DNA from: Candidatus Berkelbacteria bacterium RIFCSPLOWO2_01_FULL_50_28
GTDB taxonomy: Bacteria; Patescibacteriota; UBA1384; 2-12-FULL-50-11
Assembly: GCA_001774395.1 (NCBI GenBank)
Contig: MEZX01000002.1
Span: forward strand, 160,753-224,752
DNA length: 64,000 bases
Direction: 5' to 3'
Shown: one piece after another, positions 1-10,745 of the stretch
Position numbering within the stretch: the stretch's first letter is position 1
Layout of the letters: each line of letters opens with the position of its first letter
Notes under the pieces: generated by a model
The model's database searches: none
Told to the model about the DNA's origin: nothing
What the model saw: only the letters and a program-made list of their open reading frames with translations
Translations under genes and position numbers: made by a program

Positions 1-1
1 A

Positions 2-3000
2 GTAGTAATAGTTAGCTGAGGTTGAGCTAGAGGCGTTGCCGGCGTTATCCACTGTACGCAGGTAGAAGATGTTTGTGCCTGACTGGTACTGACCCTCGGC
101 GTGTTCGTCGTTAGGAAGCGCGATTGAGGTGGTCGTCAGTGGGTTGGAGTCGGTCCAGCTATCTACTGCATCCCCGCCCGTTCGGTACTGGTATTTTAGT
201 ACGCCCGACTGAGCGTCGGAGCCGGCAGAGTAGCTAAAAGTGAACGAATCAGTTGCTGAATATCCAGCCGGGTTGACTGAGATCGAGCCGGGGTTGGTTG
301 GCGCGGTTGAGTCGAATTGGTAGGTAAAGGCTTCCCAAGCGGAACCGGAGATGTTCTGGGCGTTGTCGCGGGTTTTAACCAAGAAGTAGTAAGTCGAGCC
401 GCTCGACATCGCCTCATCGAGGATATATTCGGCACCAGTTTGGAACTGAACCGCCGAGCCGTCGTTAATTATTCCCGAAGTTATGCTCGGGTTAGCTTCT
501 GAATCGGTGCCAAAATAAAGATAGTAACCTTCGACACCTGAACCGCCCGCGTTGTCTGTGCCGGCGTTCCAGCTGAATTTGGGTGCGGCGTAATTGTACC
601 AAGTGCTAGTAACTAGGGTCGAGTTCTCCTCGTCGGAGTCGTAAACGGTCAGGGCATCGGGGTTGGTTGGTGCGGTAGTGTCTTGGTAGTAACTGATAGT
701 GTAGTCGTTGAAAGTGGGGGTATGCAGTCCGTCGGAAGTTAGTGTTACCTCTACGCGGAGATAGGCATTGGCTGGCGAGGCGATCTGGTAGGTGTAAGTG
801 TCGGTACCGGTGGTTCGTTGGGCGTTGGTGACGGCCGTGAGACTACTCCAATCGGCGCCGTCACTGGAGCTCTGGGTCTTAATACTGACGGTCGTATTAG
901 CCGGAGCTGTGTAATTGGCGGTCAAGTTGGCCCATTTATAAACTGAAGTGAGGCTGTGAGCAGTGGATGTATAGCTGCCGGTTTTAGCAAAGCTGGTGGT
1001 CGAGGTCTGTTGAGTATAGGTATAGATGCCGTCGGAGATGGCGTTAGTCCCCTGACCCAAGAAACCGTGCAACTGTTCGCCGTTTTCACCCGACAGATCG
1101 CCACCGGCGCCCCATCCAGCAGGGGCGTTATTGAGAGTTGACCAGGTATTGAGTGTAATATCATAAACATACAAATTCTGTGGTGGTGTGCCGATATTAC
1201 CTCGAGCAAGGTAAATCTTGCCGTCGCTACCTAGTGAAAGTGAGCCACCAGTACTAACAGTACCTGGAGCATCAGCTACCAACGGGTCGCTCCAGGTGTT
1301 GGCACCAACATCGTAACGGTAGAAACTAGCCGTACTACTTCCCCTGGTCATATAGATGTAGCCGCTATTATAAACTAGCGAACCACCCCAGCTGGGTGTG
1401 GACGTCGAACTAGTCATCGTGCTCCAACGCGAGCCAGCTGACCCTTGGGTATCGTAACGGTAGAACTGAGCACCATTGGCGCCACGGGAAAGATAAATAT
1501 AGCGGCTACCATCGTAGACCATGTCTGAGCCAGCATTAAGACTGGCCGGAACTAAGTCGGTTGAGCCGGAGTTGATCTTAACCCAACTATTACTGGAGAT
1601 TGTGTACTTAAAGAAATCTAAGTTGGTTGTACCGGTGGTGGCGTAAATCGTGCCGTTGACGGAGTCGTAAACGAGAGATGCTCCTTGGTTAAGTCCCTCT
1701 GGCACCGGAGCCATCGTCACAACAGTACTACTTGAGCGATCGAAGCGAACAAACTGGCTATCGATATTGCCGCGAGTAGCGTAGTAGTAGTTGCCGTCCC
1801 CCTTGACCACCGAGGCGCCATTTGAAGTTGGGTAGTAAATCGTTCCGGCATATTGGGTGCCAAAAACATTTTGAACAGGTTTTTTCCAGACACCGTTATC
1901 GATATCAAAAATCCAAAAAGCGGTGGTATTAGCTCCTCGAAGGGTGTAGATATTGCGACCGATAATTCGTTGAGCGGCGCCGTAAGAGGTATAAAGCGGC
2001 GGTTCTTGGATAATCGACCAAACATCGTTGACAGTGTCGTATTTCAAAAATGTGCCGCGATTGTTACCGGCTAAACCGTAAACAGCGTTGGTGGTGGCGT
2101 CGTAGTTCAGATTCGCACCGACATAGAATCCAACCGGTGCCATTGTTAGCGGTGTCCAAGTGTTGGTAGAGATAGTGTACTTGGCGAAATAGGAATAGTT
2201 ATTGCCTTGACTGGCGTAAATTGTGTCGGTGCCGTCAAAGGCTAAAGCCGCACCAAGGTAGGTTGTTTGGTTGGCGGTGCCGTTGCCGAAGTTGGCGTTG
2301 GTCAAGTTGGCCCAAGTATTGTTCTGGGTGTCATAGCTCCAAAAAGCATCGTCAGAGTTACCGCGCAGGAAATAAATGTAACGAGAGCCATCGTAAACTG
2401 CCGACGCGCCGTAGTTAGCGGCCAGAGGCAAGTCGGCGGCGGCGGAGTCGTCCCAAGTGCTGGACGAAATAGTGTAACGGGCGAACGACGAGGAACCGTT
2501 GCCGATCCAGCCGTAGAGATAACCGCTCGGCCCTTCAACGACCCCACCGCCGGCGTAAACGTTGCCAAAGTTTGAAGCTCCTTCGGTCGTCCAGGCATTG
2601 CCAGCGACATCGTAGGAGTAAAAAGTGGTCGTATTGTTACCGCGGAAGGTGTAGAGCTTGTTCGAGGATGCAACATAGGCGAACATGCCACCAACATAGA
2701 TACTGGCCGGTGGGGCAATTAATGATTCCTGACCCCAACTACCGGTGGCGGTGCTAAGCTGTAAGTTACCCGAACTCTGAGTGGCACTGACGCTCGTTAG
2801 CGTACCGGTTTCAAAATTGGCTTGACTGGTCATCTGCAGGCTTTGCGGCGGTGTCACCCCGTTATAGACATAGGTGAAGGCGGCATAAGTGCTACTGGCG
2901 TTGTTGTTTTTGTTGTCGACGGCCTTAAGGCGTAAATAATAGGTTCCGGCTGTCATGGCGGTGTTAGCGGTAAAGGTGGCGGTAGTAGCGAGGCTGCCGC

Positions 3001-5407
3001 TGGTGGCTGGGTCGGCATTAACATCGGTGCCGAAATAAACATAATAGCCCTGCAAACCGCTCCCAGCGTCGCTCGCTCCGCTCCAGGTGAAATACGGTGC
3101 CACATGGGGGTAGCTCTGGCCGCTGGTCAGGGCGGTGCCACCAACCTGCTGGGACGATCCGGTGGCGGAGGACGGGTTTGTCGGGGCTGTTTCATCTGAG
3201 GTGTAGGTCACAGTGAAATCATCCAGCGTCGGCGTCACCGTTTTATCAGTTGATGCTGTAAACGTCAGCCGAACCTGAAGATAGCGATTAACGGTTGATT
3301 GGATGTCTGAACCCGAAAGGGCTTGGTAGGAAGTCCAGCTACTGTTATCGGCGCTACTTCTGGTTTCGATTAAAAGCGACGAATCGCTACCAGCAGTTGT
3401 GGTACTGGCGAGCGAGACCCAGGCGGAGACGAAGCTAAAATCAAAGACGGGGCTGGTGTAAGTGCCGCTCGTAGTGTAACTGTTGGCATCGATCGAGTAA
3501 GTCCAGAAGTCAGCCACCCCGTTGCCCCGGACGGCATAAATCGTGCTACCCATCACCGCTAGAGAGGCGCCGTTGTAAGCTCCGACACCCCCTGCCGCCG
3601 CTAGCTGGGTGTTAGCTAGTTTTCGCCAGGAGTCGCCGCTGATGTTGTACTCGTAGAACTTGTCTTTGTAGTAACCAGCCAGCGCGTAAATTTTACCCGA
3701 TTTGTACTCGAGAGAAGCGCCGTAGTAGGCCGGGAACGGGGCGGAAGCGATCTCACTCCAGGTATTAGTGCCAACAGTGTATTTCAGAAATCGGCTAACG
3801 CCGTAACCTGGTAGAGCGTAAATGTCCGTGCCATCACTTACCATACGGCCACCAACATTGGCGACCGATGTTTGCGGTGAGGTCGGCAAGTCGGCGACTG
3901 ATGCATCGTCCCAAGAGTCACCAGAGATCGAATAGCGGTAAAAAGTAGCTGTACCGGCTCCGCGAAGAGCATAGATATAGTCTCCTGACCCGGGGTACAC
4001 CAAGCCGCCACCGTTACCAATCGCTGCCAGGGTGATCGCCAACAGTGACCAGGAATTGCCGGCGATGTCATAGCGTAAGAAGTTGGTATTGTTACCCTGG
4101 AAAAAGTAAAGATAGTTGCCCGCCTTCACCCCAAAGGTGTCGTAATTAAAATTGTAAGTAACTGAAGCGACGATAGCACTGGCCATCAAAGACCAAGTAT
4201 TGGCCGAGGAGTCGTAACGAAGAAGGTTAGCCGTATTTCCCCCTCGCAATAGATAAACGTATTGAGCCCCGTCAGATATTAGATTGCCGCCCGTGCCAAC
4301 GGTATAGGCAACAGAAGAAACTATCGGCTCAGCCGAACCAACCCAGGCGGAGGTGTTCGGGTTCCAGGCCCAGAAAGTTCGGGTTGAAGTGCCACGAAAT
4401 GCGTAGATCCGGTCGGTGCCAGAGACATAAATTAACCCGCCGTAGTTCACTGTTAGCGGTACATCGGTCAGTGCTTCCCAAGTATTGCCGGAAATTGAGT
4501 ACCGATACCAAGTTAAGGTGCCGCCGCTTCGAGCTTTGTAGATGTAGTTGCCAACTACCATTGCGTTACCGTCGGCGTTCATTAGTCCTCCGGCCGTGAC
4601 ATCGGCCACGGCCGCGTCGCTCCAAGTTCCGGCCGCAATATCGTAGCGATAGAAACTCAAGGTATTGTTGCCTCGCCAGGCGTAGATGTAGCCAGCGTTA
4701 TAAACAAGGTCAGCGCCGTTATAAATTGTAGCCGGCGGGCCAGTTAGCGGGTCCCAAGTGTTGGTGCCAATATTGTAACGGTAGAAGTCTTGGGAGTTGT
4801 TGCCACGCAAGAGGTACATATTAGTGCCGTCAAAGGCCAAGCCGCTACCATTGCCAACAACATCCGAGGTCTCGGCTAGCTCGGTCCAGGTATTGGTACT
4901 GATGGTATATTTGGCAAATTTTTTAGTGTAGAGCCCGAAAGTGGCGTAAATGGCGCCGGTTGAGTCGTAGCGCATATCCGACCCAATGCCAACGGCAAAC
5001 GGAGCGTTGGCCATGGCCCGCCAGGTATTTCGGACCGGGTCGTAGCGCCAGAAGTAGGCAAATGATCCGCCGCGCAGAGTATAAATATAAGTGCCGTCGC
5101 TCGAAAAAGCCGATCCAGATTCGATGGTGTCGGGCGGTTCAGCCCAGCTTCTAGCACCCCAAGACCCAGCCGCTTGGAGCTGGAGACGATCCGGTGTTGA
5201 TTCGGTGTCGAGACCGCTCAAGACTCCCAACTCATAATCGGCCTTAGTAGTGACGGTCTGGGTTAAGTTGGCGGCAAAACTGGACGGACTGTAACCGAGG
5301 GTGACAAGTATGATGAACACCGAAAGTAACGCAACCCCCCGTCTGGTCCACGGGTGCGTGGCCAAATAACTGACATGCCGGACTATGTGTCGGTGGTTAA
5401 ATTTCAT
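2..5407 (-). CDS. Very large surface/secreted protein with Kelch-type beta-propeller repeats and FN3/Ig-like modules; runs off the window's left edge (>1800 aa)
   Basis: ATG at 5407 (MKFNHRHIVRHVSYLATHPWTRRGVALLSVFIILVTLG...), and the same frame is open at position 2 (...IFYLRTVDNAGNASSSTSANYYY). Repeated blades such as 'DGTYIYTLRGG..FWRYDP..NTW'. Missing from the ORF track, consistent with no stop inside the window. Confidence 0.85.
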   Translation of the reverse strand, partial: MKFNHRHIVRHVSYLATHPWTRRGVALLSVFIILVTLGYSPSSFAANLTQTVTTKADYELGVLSGLDTESTPDRLQLQAAGSWGARSWAEPPDTIESGSAFSSDGTYIYTLRGGSFAYFWRYDPVRNTWRAMANAPFAVGIGSDMRYDSTGAIYATFGLYTKKFAKYTISTNTWTELAETSDVVGNGSGLAFDGTNMYLLRGNNSQDFYRYNIGTNTWDPLTGPPATIYNGADLVYNAGYIYAWRGNNTLSFYRYDIAAGTWSDAAVADVTAGGLMNADGNAMVVGNYIYKARSGGTLTWYRYSISGNTWEALTDVPLTVNYGGLIYVSGTDRIYAFRGTSTRTFWAWNPNTSAWVGSAEPIVSSVAYTVGTGGNLISDGAQYVYLLRGGNTANLLRYDSSANTWSLMASAIVASVTYNFNYDTFGVKAGNYLYFFQGNNTNFLRYDIAGNSWSLLAITLAAIGNGGGLVYPGSGDYIYALRGAGTATFYRYSISGDSWDDASVADLPTSPQTSVANVGGRMVSDGTDIYALPGYGVSRFLKYTVGTNTWSEIASAPFPAYYGASLEYKSGKIYALAGYYKDKFYEYNISGDSWRKLANTQLAAAGGVGAYNGASLAVMGSTIYAVRGNGVADFWTYSIDANSYTTSGTYTSPVFDFSFVSAWVSLASTTTAGSDSSLLIETRSSADNSSWTSYQALSGSDIQSTVNRYLQVRLTFTASTDKTVTPTLDDFTVTYTSDETAPTNPSSATGSSQQVGGTALTSGQSYPHVAPYFTWSGASDAGSGLQGYYVYFGTDVNADPATSGSLATTATFTANTAMTAGTYYLRLKAVDNKNNNASSTYAAFTYVYNGVTPPQSLQMTSQANFETGTLTSVSATQSSGNLQLSTATGSWGQESLIAPPASIYVGGMFAYVASSNKLYTFRGNNTTTFYSYDVAGNAWTTEGASNFGNVYAGGGVVEGPSGYLYGWIGNGSSSFARYTISSSTWDDSAAADLPLAANYGASAVYDGSRYIYFLRGNSDDAFWSYDTQNNTWANLTNANFGNGTANQTTYLGAALAFDGTDTIYASQGNNYSYFAKYTISTNTWTPLTMAPVGFYVGANLNYDATTNAVYGLAGNNRGTFLKYDTVNDVWSIIQEPPLYTSYGAAQRIIGRNIYTLRGANTTAFWIFDIDNGVWKKPVQNVFGTQYAGTIYYPTSNGASVVKGDGNYYYATRGNIDSQFVRFDRSSSTVVTMAPVPEGLNQGASLVYDSVNGTIYATTGTTNLDFFKYTISSNSWVKINSGSTDLVPASLNAGSDMVYDGSRYIYLSRGANGAQFYRYDTQGSAGSRWSTMTSSTSTPSWGGSLVYNSGYIYMTRGSSTASFYRYDVGANTWSDPLVADAPGTVSTGGSLSLGSDGKIYLARGNIGTPPQNLYVYDITLNTWSTLNNAPAGWGAGGDLSGENGEQLHGFLGQGTNAISDGIYTYTQQTSTTSFAKTGSYTSTAHSLTSVYKWANLTANYTAPANTTVSIKTQSSSDGADWSSLTAVTNAQRTTGTDTYTYQIASPANAYLRVEVTLTSDGLHTPTFNDYTISYYQDTTAPTNPDALTVYDSDEENSTLVTSTWYNYAAPKFSWNAGTDNAGGSGVEGYYLYFGTDSEANPSITSGIINDGSAVQFQTGAEYILDEAMSSGSTYYFLVKTRDNAQNISGSAWEAFTYQFDSTAPTNPGSISVNPAGYSATDSFTFSYSAGSDAQSGVLKYQYRTGGDAVDSWTDSNPLTTTSIALPNDEHAEGQYQSGTNIFYLRTVDNAGNASSSTSANYYY

Positions 5408-5548
5408 CCCCTCTGTAACTCACCATATCGCTCGTCAAGCGCGATATCAACCCCAGGCGGTGAGGCCGTAACAAAGCAATTGTATCTTTCTCGTTAAAAA
5501 TTCTATGGTGGTTTTCAAGCACCCCAAAACTAGGGCAAGACACGGAGG

Positions 5549-6244
5549 TTGGTAATGTGGAAATTTCTTACGACCCTCGCAATTCTTTTGTTCTTCTCAC
5601 TACCGATGGCCTCGGCGAGTATTCGTCACTCCAAAGTGAAGCATCGGGCACGAACCCAATTCACGGTTTATCGCTTTAGCCGCGAGCTCGACCTGTGGTC
5701 GCCGCAGATCTTCAGCGGTCTAACGGCGGCCGAGGTTAAAGCCAGGACCAAAGCTGACAAGGTGTTCACTTTGGGCTTTCTCGACATCAGGAAAGTCCGT
5801 GGTGGATACACCTACAAGCCGGTCAACCTGCACATCATCGATGGAGCGATCATGGTTCCGGCTTTCTTCCCGAAGGAGAAAGTTCTGGCCGACTTTCCTT
5901 GGGAAGGACCAACGATCTACGATAGCGTTACCCAGTGCCTATCGTACGGTACGCCCACAGCCGCCTGCGGCCTAATGCGGATTCCGCCGGTTCCAACAGA
6001 GAAAACTGGTCGCCGGATCTGGGCGATCAAAGGCAAGAACTTCTTTGTCGTTGAGTACTTCGGTACCCGAGCCGATGGACTGCGCATCGCTCGAAGCTAC
6101 GGTTTCGAGTCTAGCGCTCACAGCGACGGTGGCCACATGGTCAGCGCTCATGCCAGGCATGCTTCGTTTGCCCTAATTTTCAAGGGTAAGCGACCGCTAG
6201 CAATCGCAGGCTTGTTCGACCCGCTTGCAAGTCTGGCACAGTAG
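5549..6244 (+). CDS. Secreted hypothetical protein, possible degenerate phosphodiester glycosidase (NAGPA-like) fold
   Basis: Signal peptide, GGAGG upstream; 'GRRIWAIKG..FFVV...A.SYGFESSAHSDGGH' resembles the R-T-A-I-G...LDGGGS pattern. Confidence 0.55.
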   Translation: MVMWKFLTTLAILLFFSLPMASASIRHSKVKHRARTQFTVYRFSRELDLWSPQIFSGLTAAEVKARTKADKVFTLGFLDIRKVRGGYTYKPVNLHIIDGAIMVPAFFPKEKVLADFPWEGPTIYDSVTQCLSYGTPTAACGLMRIPPVPTEKTGRRIWAIKGKNFFVVEYFGTRADGLRIARSYGFESSAHSDGGHMVSAHARHASFALIFKGKRPLAIAGLFDPLASLAQ

Positions 6245-6372
6245 GCGCAATTTGAGAGAAAGCTTTCGCTCCTCCTCAAGCAAGGCCCTAGATGGGCCTA
6301 CTGGTCCAACCCGAACCCCTCACCGCGCGCGGTGGGGGGAGGTTTTTGCGGCTCATGTTGACCCCGCACTTT

Positions 6373-6630
6373 TCAACCGTCTTGAAGGCTATGCCCAATA
6401 CGCTTCTTCAATCTGGCGTACGACTGGCCGAATTGTTTGAGTTTCTTTTCTCGATCAAGCGCATCTAGTTTTGAGGCATAGCCCTCAAGGTAGACAATCT
6501 TCCACGGTCGGTAGGGTTTTGTTGCGAGTGACTTACCTTCGTTATGATCTAGCAGTCTTTGCCGCAAGTTGTTCGTTTGTCCGAAGTAAAGCCGCCGTTC
6601 CTTGCCAAGCAGTACATACACCCAATGCAT
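6373..6630 (-). CDS. GIY-YIG nuclease family protein (small, UPF0213-like)
   Basis: VYVL...LYFGQTNNLRQRL..HN.G...TK.YRPW....E....A..RE..LK. Confidence 0.9.
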   Translation of the reverse strand: MHWVYVLLGKERRLYFGQTNNLRQRLLDHNEGKSLATKPYRPWKIVYLEGYASKLDALDREKKLKQFGQSYARLKKRIGHSLQDG

Positions 6631-6671
6631 AAGTTAATTGTAACAACTTGCAACGGTTGAATAGTGCGGGG

Positions 6672-6699
6672 TTGACAAATGTAAAGCAAACTTTACAAT
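6672..6699 (+). promoter_or_regulatory. sigma70-type promoter of groESL with overlapping palindrome TGTAAAG-N4-CTTTACA
   Basis: TTGACA (6672-77), 16 nt, TACAAT (6694-99); inverted repeat at 6680-6697. Confidence 0.7.
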
Positions 6700-6739
6700 A
6701 AATGCTACAAATATGAGTAAAAATCCTAAAGGAGGTTCA

Positions 6740-7030
6740 ATGCAACTGCAACCACTTTCCGACCGCTTGGTCGTTAAACCGCTCGATGCGGAAACCGTAT
6801 CGAAATCCGGTATCGTCATTCCCGACACCGCCAAAGAGAAGCCCCAAGAGGGCGAAGTTATTGCTGTCGGACCGGGCCGAGTCGATAAAGACGGCCAGAG
6901 AATTGAGATGGAAGTTAAAAAGGGAGATAAGGTTCTCTTTGGCAAGTATGCCGGAGATGAATTTAAGCTTGATGGAGTTGAATACAAGATTATTAGAGAA
7001 GATGAAGTACTGGGCATCCTGAAAGGATGA
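6740..7030 (+). CDS. groES: Co-chaperonin GroES
   Basis: LQPLSDRLVV...SGIVIPDTAKEKPQEGEVIAVGPG; AAAGGAGG SD. Confidence 0.98.
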   Translation: MQLQPLSDRLVVKPLDAETVSKSGIVIPDTAKEKPQEGEVIAVGPGRVDKDGQRIEMEVKKGDKVLFGKYAGDEFKLDGVEYKIIREDEVLGILKG

Positions 7031-7186
7031 ATTTACAATTTACAATTCTCAATTTCCAGTCAATTTACAATGATTCAATGTTTGAAAATTGGGAAACTGA
7101 AAATTCAATGATAGCGACCGAGCAATGCGAGGGAGCTATGGAGGCGAAGTCCGACAAAATTGAAAAATGAAAACTGAAAATTGTTT
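7030..7186. repeat. AT-rich degenerate heptamer (TTTCAAT/ATTGAAA-like) inverted-repeat element
   Basis: Left arm TTTACAA/TTCTCAA/TTTCCAG units, right arm TTGAAAA/CTGAAAA units; related copies at 37272, 51640 and 54930. Confidence 0.75.
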
Positions 7187-7195
7187 TTCGACTAA

Positions 7196-8842
<1,647 letters not shown>

Positions 8843-8865
8843 GCATCGGCTCACTAGAACGAGAG

Positions 8866-8887
8866 AAGGGCCTAGCGGCCCTTTTTT
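8866..8887 (+). terminator. Rho-independent terminator of groESL
   Basis: AAGGGCC-TAGC-GGCCCTT followed by a T-tract. Confidence 0.8.
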
Positions 8888-8950
8888 CAAACCCAATTTT
8901 CGTGGGGAGGAGGGGCTTAATTCCGAGGCAGCCCCTACCTCCCCACACCC

Positions 8951-9032
8951 CATACCCTGCACGGTTCCCACAGGGGTGAGGAGAAAATTCGCCTCCCTTC
9001 CGGAAGGTTCGCGGAGCGAATTGGCAAATTTT
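8951..9032 (+). repeat. ~80-bp dispersed structured repeat, copy 1 (copy 2 at 56606-56687)
   Basis: CATACCCTGCACGGTT...AAAATTCGCCTCCCTTCCGGAAGGTTCGCGGAGCGAAT.GGC.AATTTT nearly identical at both sites. Confidence 0.85.
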
Positions 9033-9129
9033 GATTTATTATTTCCCCGCCAAAAGAAAACGCCCATACCTGGATTTTTACTGCCGCTTCTGATATTATT
9101 CAACAAAATCTTTCCTGAGGAGGAAAAGG

Positions 9130-9672
9130 ATGGAAGGAACGTACATTCACGAGTTTTGGGCTGTCACTGGGTCGTGGTCGCTCTATCACGTGACCGATGA
9201 GTTAAATGATCTTGGATTTCCCAATGTGGAGAAAGTGGGTAGCGTTGGGGTAAGCAAGCTGGAGGTAGGTGCTCGTCTCAAGAACGGCCGGCTCGTTGGC
9301 ATCACCGATTCCGGATTAACGCTCTTTAACCCGGGAAGGAGATCGAATTTTGCCAGTGAGGTTAACGTTCTCCACTGGGGCGGGACGACAACACCTTTTG
9401 TCGGCCTCTTTCTTGACGAAGAGACGGCTCGAGAGTGCCTCAACCTCAATATCATTGGACCTATCTTTGAAGACGAATTCACGAAATGTGCTGGCGAAGT
9501 TGTCAGGGGGATTGCGCAAGGCCATCTTGTTTTCCGACTCGATCCGGCAGTCTGCAAACGTTTCGGATTGAAAGCACTTGAGGTCTGCCCCAGCTGCACT
9601 TGGGCGGGTCTAGACGTTCACAAACACACACTAGAGTGCCACCCTGAAGTGGCCATCGATCGCCGCAAGTGA
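9130..9672 (+). CDS. Hypothetical protein with C-terminal C2H2-like zinc finger
   Basis: GAGGAGG upstream; CPSC-x8-HKHTLECH at the C-terminus; terminator follows. Confidence 0.75.
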   Translation: MEGTYIHEFWAVTGSWSLYHVTDELNDLGFPNVEKVGSVGVSKLEVGARLKNGRLVGITDSGLTLFNPGRRSNFASEVNVLHWGGTTTPFVGLFLDEETARECLNLNIIGPIFEDEFTKCAGEVVRGIAQGHLVFRLDPAVCKRFGLKALEVCPSCTWAGLDVHKHTLECHPEVAIDRRK

Positions 9673-9694
9673 TATGGTCCTGCTGCTATTCGAA

Positions 9695-9722
9695 GCCCGC
9701 CTGAAAAGGCGGGCGACTTTTT
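9695..9722 (+). terminator. Intrinsic terminator
   Basis: GCCCGCC-TGAAAA-GGCGGGC followed by a T-rich tract. Confidence 0.75.
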
Positions 9723-9766
9723 GCCAAAAGAAAACGGCTCCGCTGTGTTTTTGCTACTATTGAACA

Positions 9767-10153
9767 ATGAAGTTTCATCGTCTACTGGGGCTTTTGTTGA
9801 TAATCTTTTGCGCCGGAGTTGTATTGCTAGCTCTTCTGAGCCTAACGACTTTCTCACTCCTTACGATAGTGGCATTTCCCATGATGCTGGAAAATGTTTC
9901 TTCAATCTATCCTGAGGGAGTGGTTTGGTTGATCGTAATATTCGAGCTCATCGTTGGGGCTCTTGCGGGCTGGTATCTCCTTAGAGGAAGACTTCTTGGC
10001 CTCAAGCTGTTCATTGTTGTTGGTGCAGTTGGTATCCTTTTGTATTTGCAACCAACCATACTTAGCAATATCCTTCTAGCCTTGATTTTACTTGGAGTGG
10101 GATTCCTTACATACAGAAGCCTTCTAGACTCACGGCAAGAACCGGGACGTTAG
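9767..10153 (+). CDS. Small multi-pass membrane protein
   Basis: About four hydrophobic segments; TGCTACTAT extended -10-like sequence just upstream. Confidence 0.75.
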   Translation: MKFHRLLGLLLIIFCAGVVLLALLSLTTFSLLTIVAFPMMLENVSSIYPEGVVWLIVIFELIVGALAGWYLLRGRLLGLKLFIVVGAVGILLYLQPTILSNILLALILLGVGFLTYRSLLDSRQEPGR

Positions 10154-10296
10154 CTAGGCTAGTAGGGTTAGGGGAGGGTTCTCTTTCAATCTGAAGATTC
10201 ACTAAAACCGCCAAAAGAAAACGACTCCGGGAAAGTCTTGACTTTACCTGAGCAAAGAGGTAGAGTATCAATACTTTGCGAACAGGAGGGTTTGTA

Positions 10297-10596
10297 GTGC
10301 GTAAAGCGTTCTCCTTCATTCTCGTCGCTCTCTTTGTTCTGCTTCTAGCTGGTTGCGCTCCTGGTCCGAATACGGCTATGAGCACACCGGTGCCGAACGG
10401 CGAAGCGGGATTCCTACTCGGTCTGTGGCACGGACTAATCGTTTGGGTGACATTCATCGTATCGCTCTTCAACGATCAGGTCAGCATCTACGAAGTGCAC
10501 AACAACGGTGGATGGTACAACTTTGGCTACATCCTCGGTCTCGGATCTGCGCTCGGTGGTACTGCAACGGCCTCGAGCCGCAGCAACAAGGACTGA
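10297..10596 (+). CDS. Conserved small lipoprotein/membrane protein
   Basis: Lipobox LLAGC; AGFLLGLWHG...SIYEVHNNGGWYNFGY; AGGAGG SD; promoter TTGACT-N17-TAGAGT. Confidence 0.8.
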   Translation: MRKAFSFILVALFVLLLAGCAPGPNTAMSTPVPNGEAGFLLGLWHGLIVWVTFIVSLFNDQVSIYEVHNNGGWYNFGYILGLGSALGGTATASSRSNKD

Positions 10597-10745
10597 AGAC
10601 CCCATCAAGTCACCGCCCGGAAAAGCTTTCAAACTTTCCGGGCGGTTTTTTAACTTCCCGCCAAAAGAAAACGGCTCCTTCTGTATTTATTTACTGGTTT
10701 AGGCTAAAGTACTTCTAACGCACATTAGTGCTACAGGAGAACAAG

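Noticed and set aside
196-5157. Short ORFs listed across 196-5157
   Set aside because: Shadows of the single long minus-strand Kelch protein frame.
6373-6630. GIY-YIG as a mobile intron or IS element
   Set aside because: Small stand-alone type; no intron core or terminal inverted repeats recognised.
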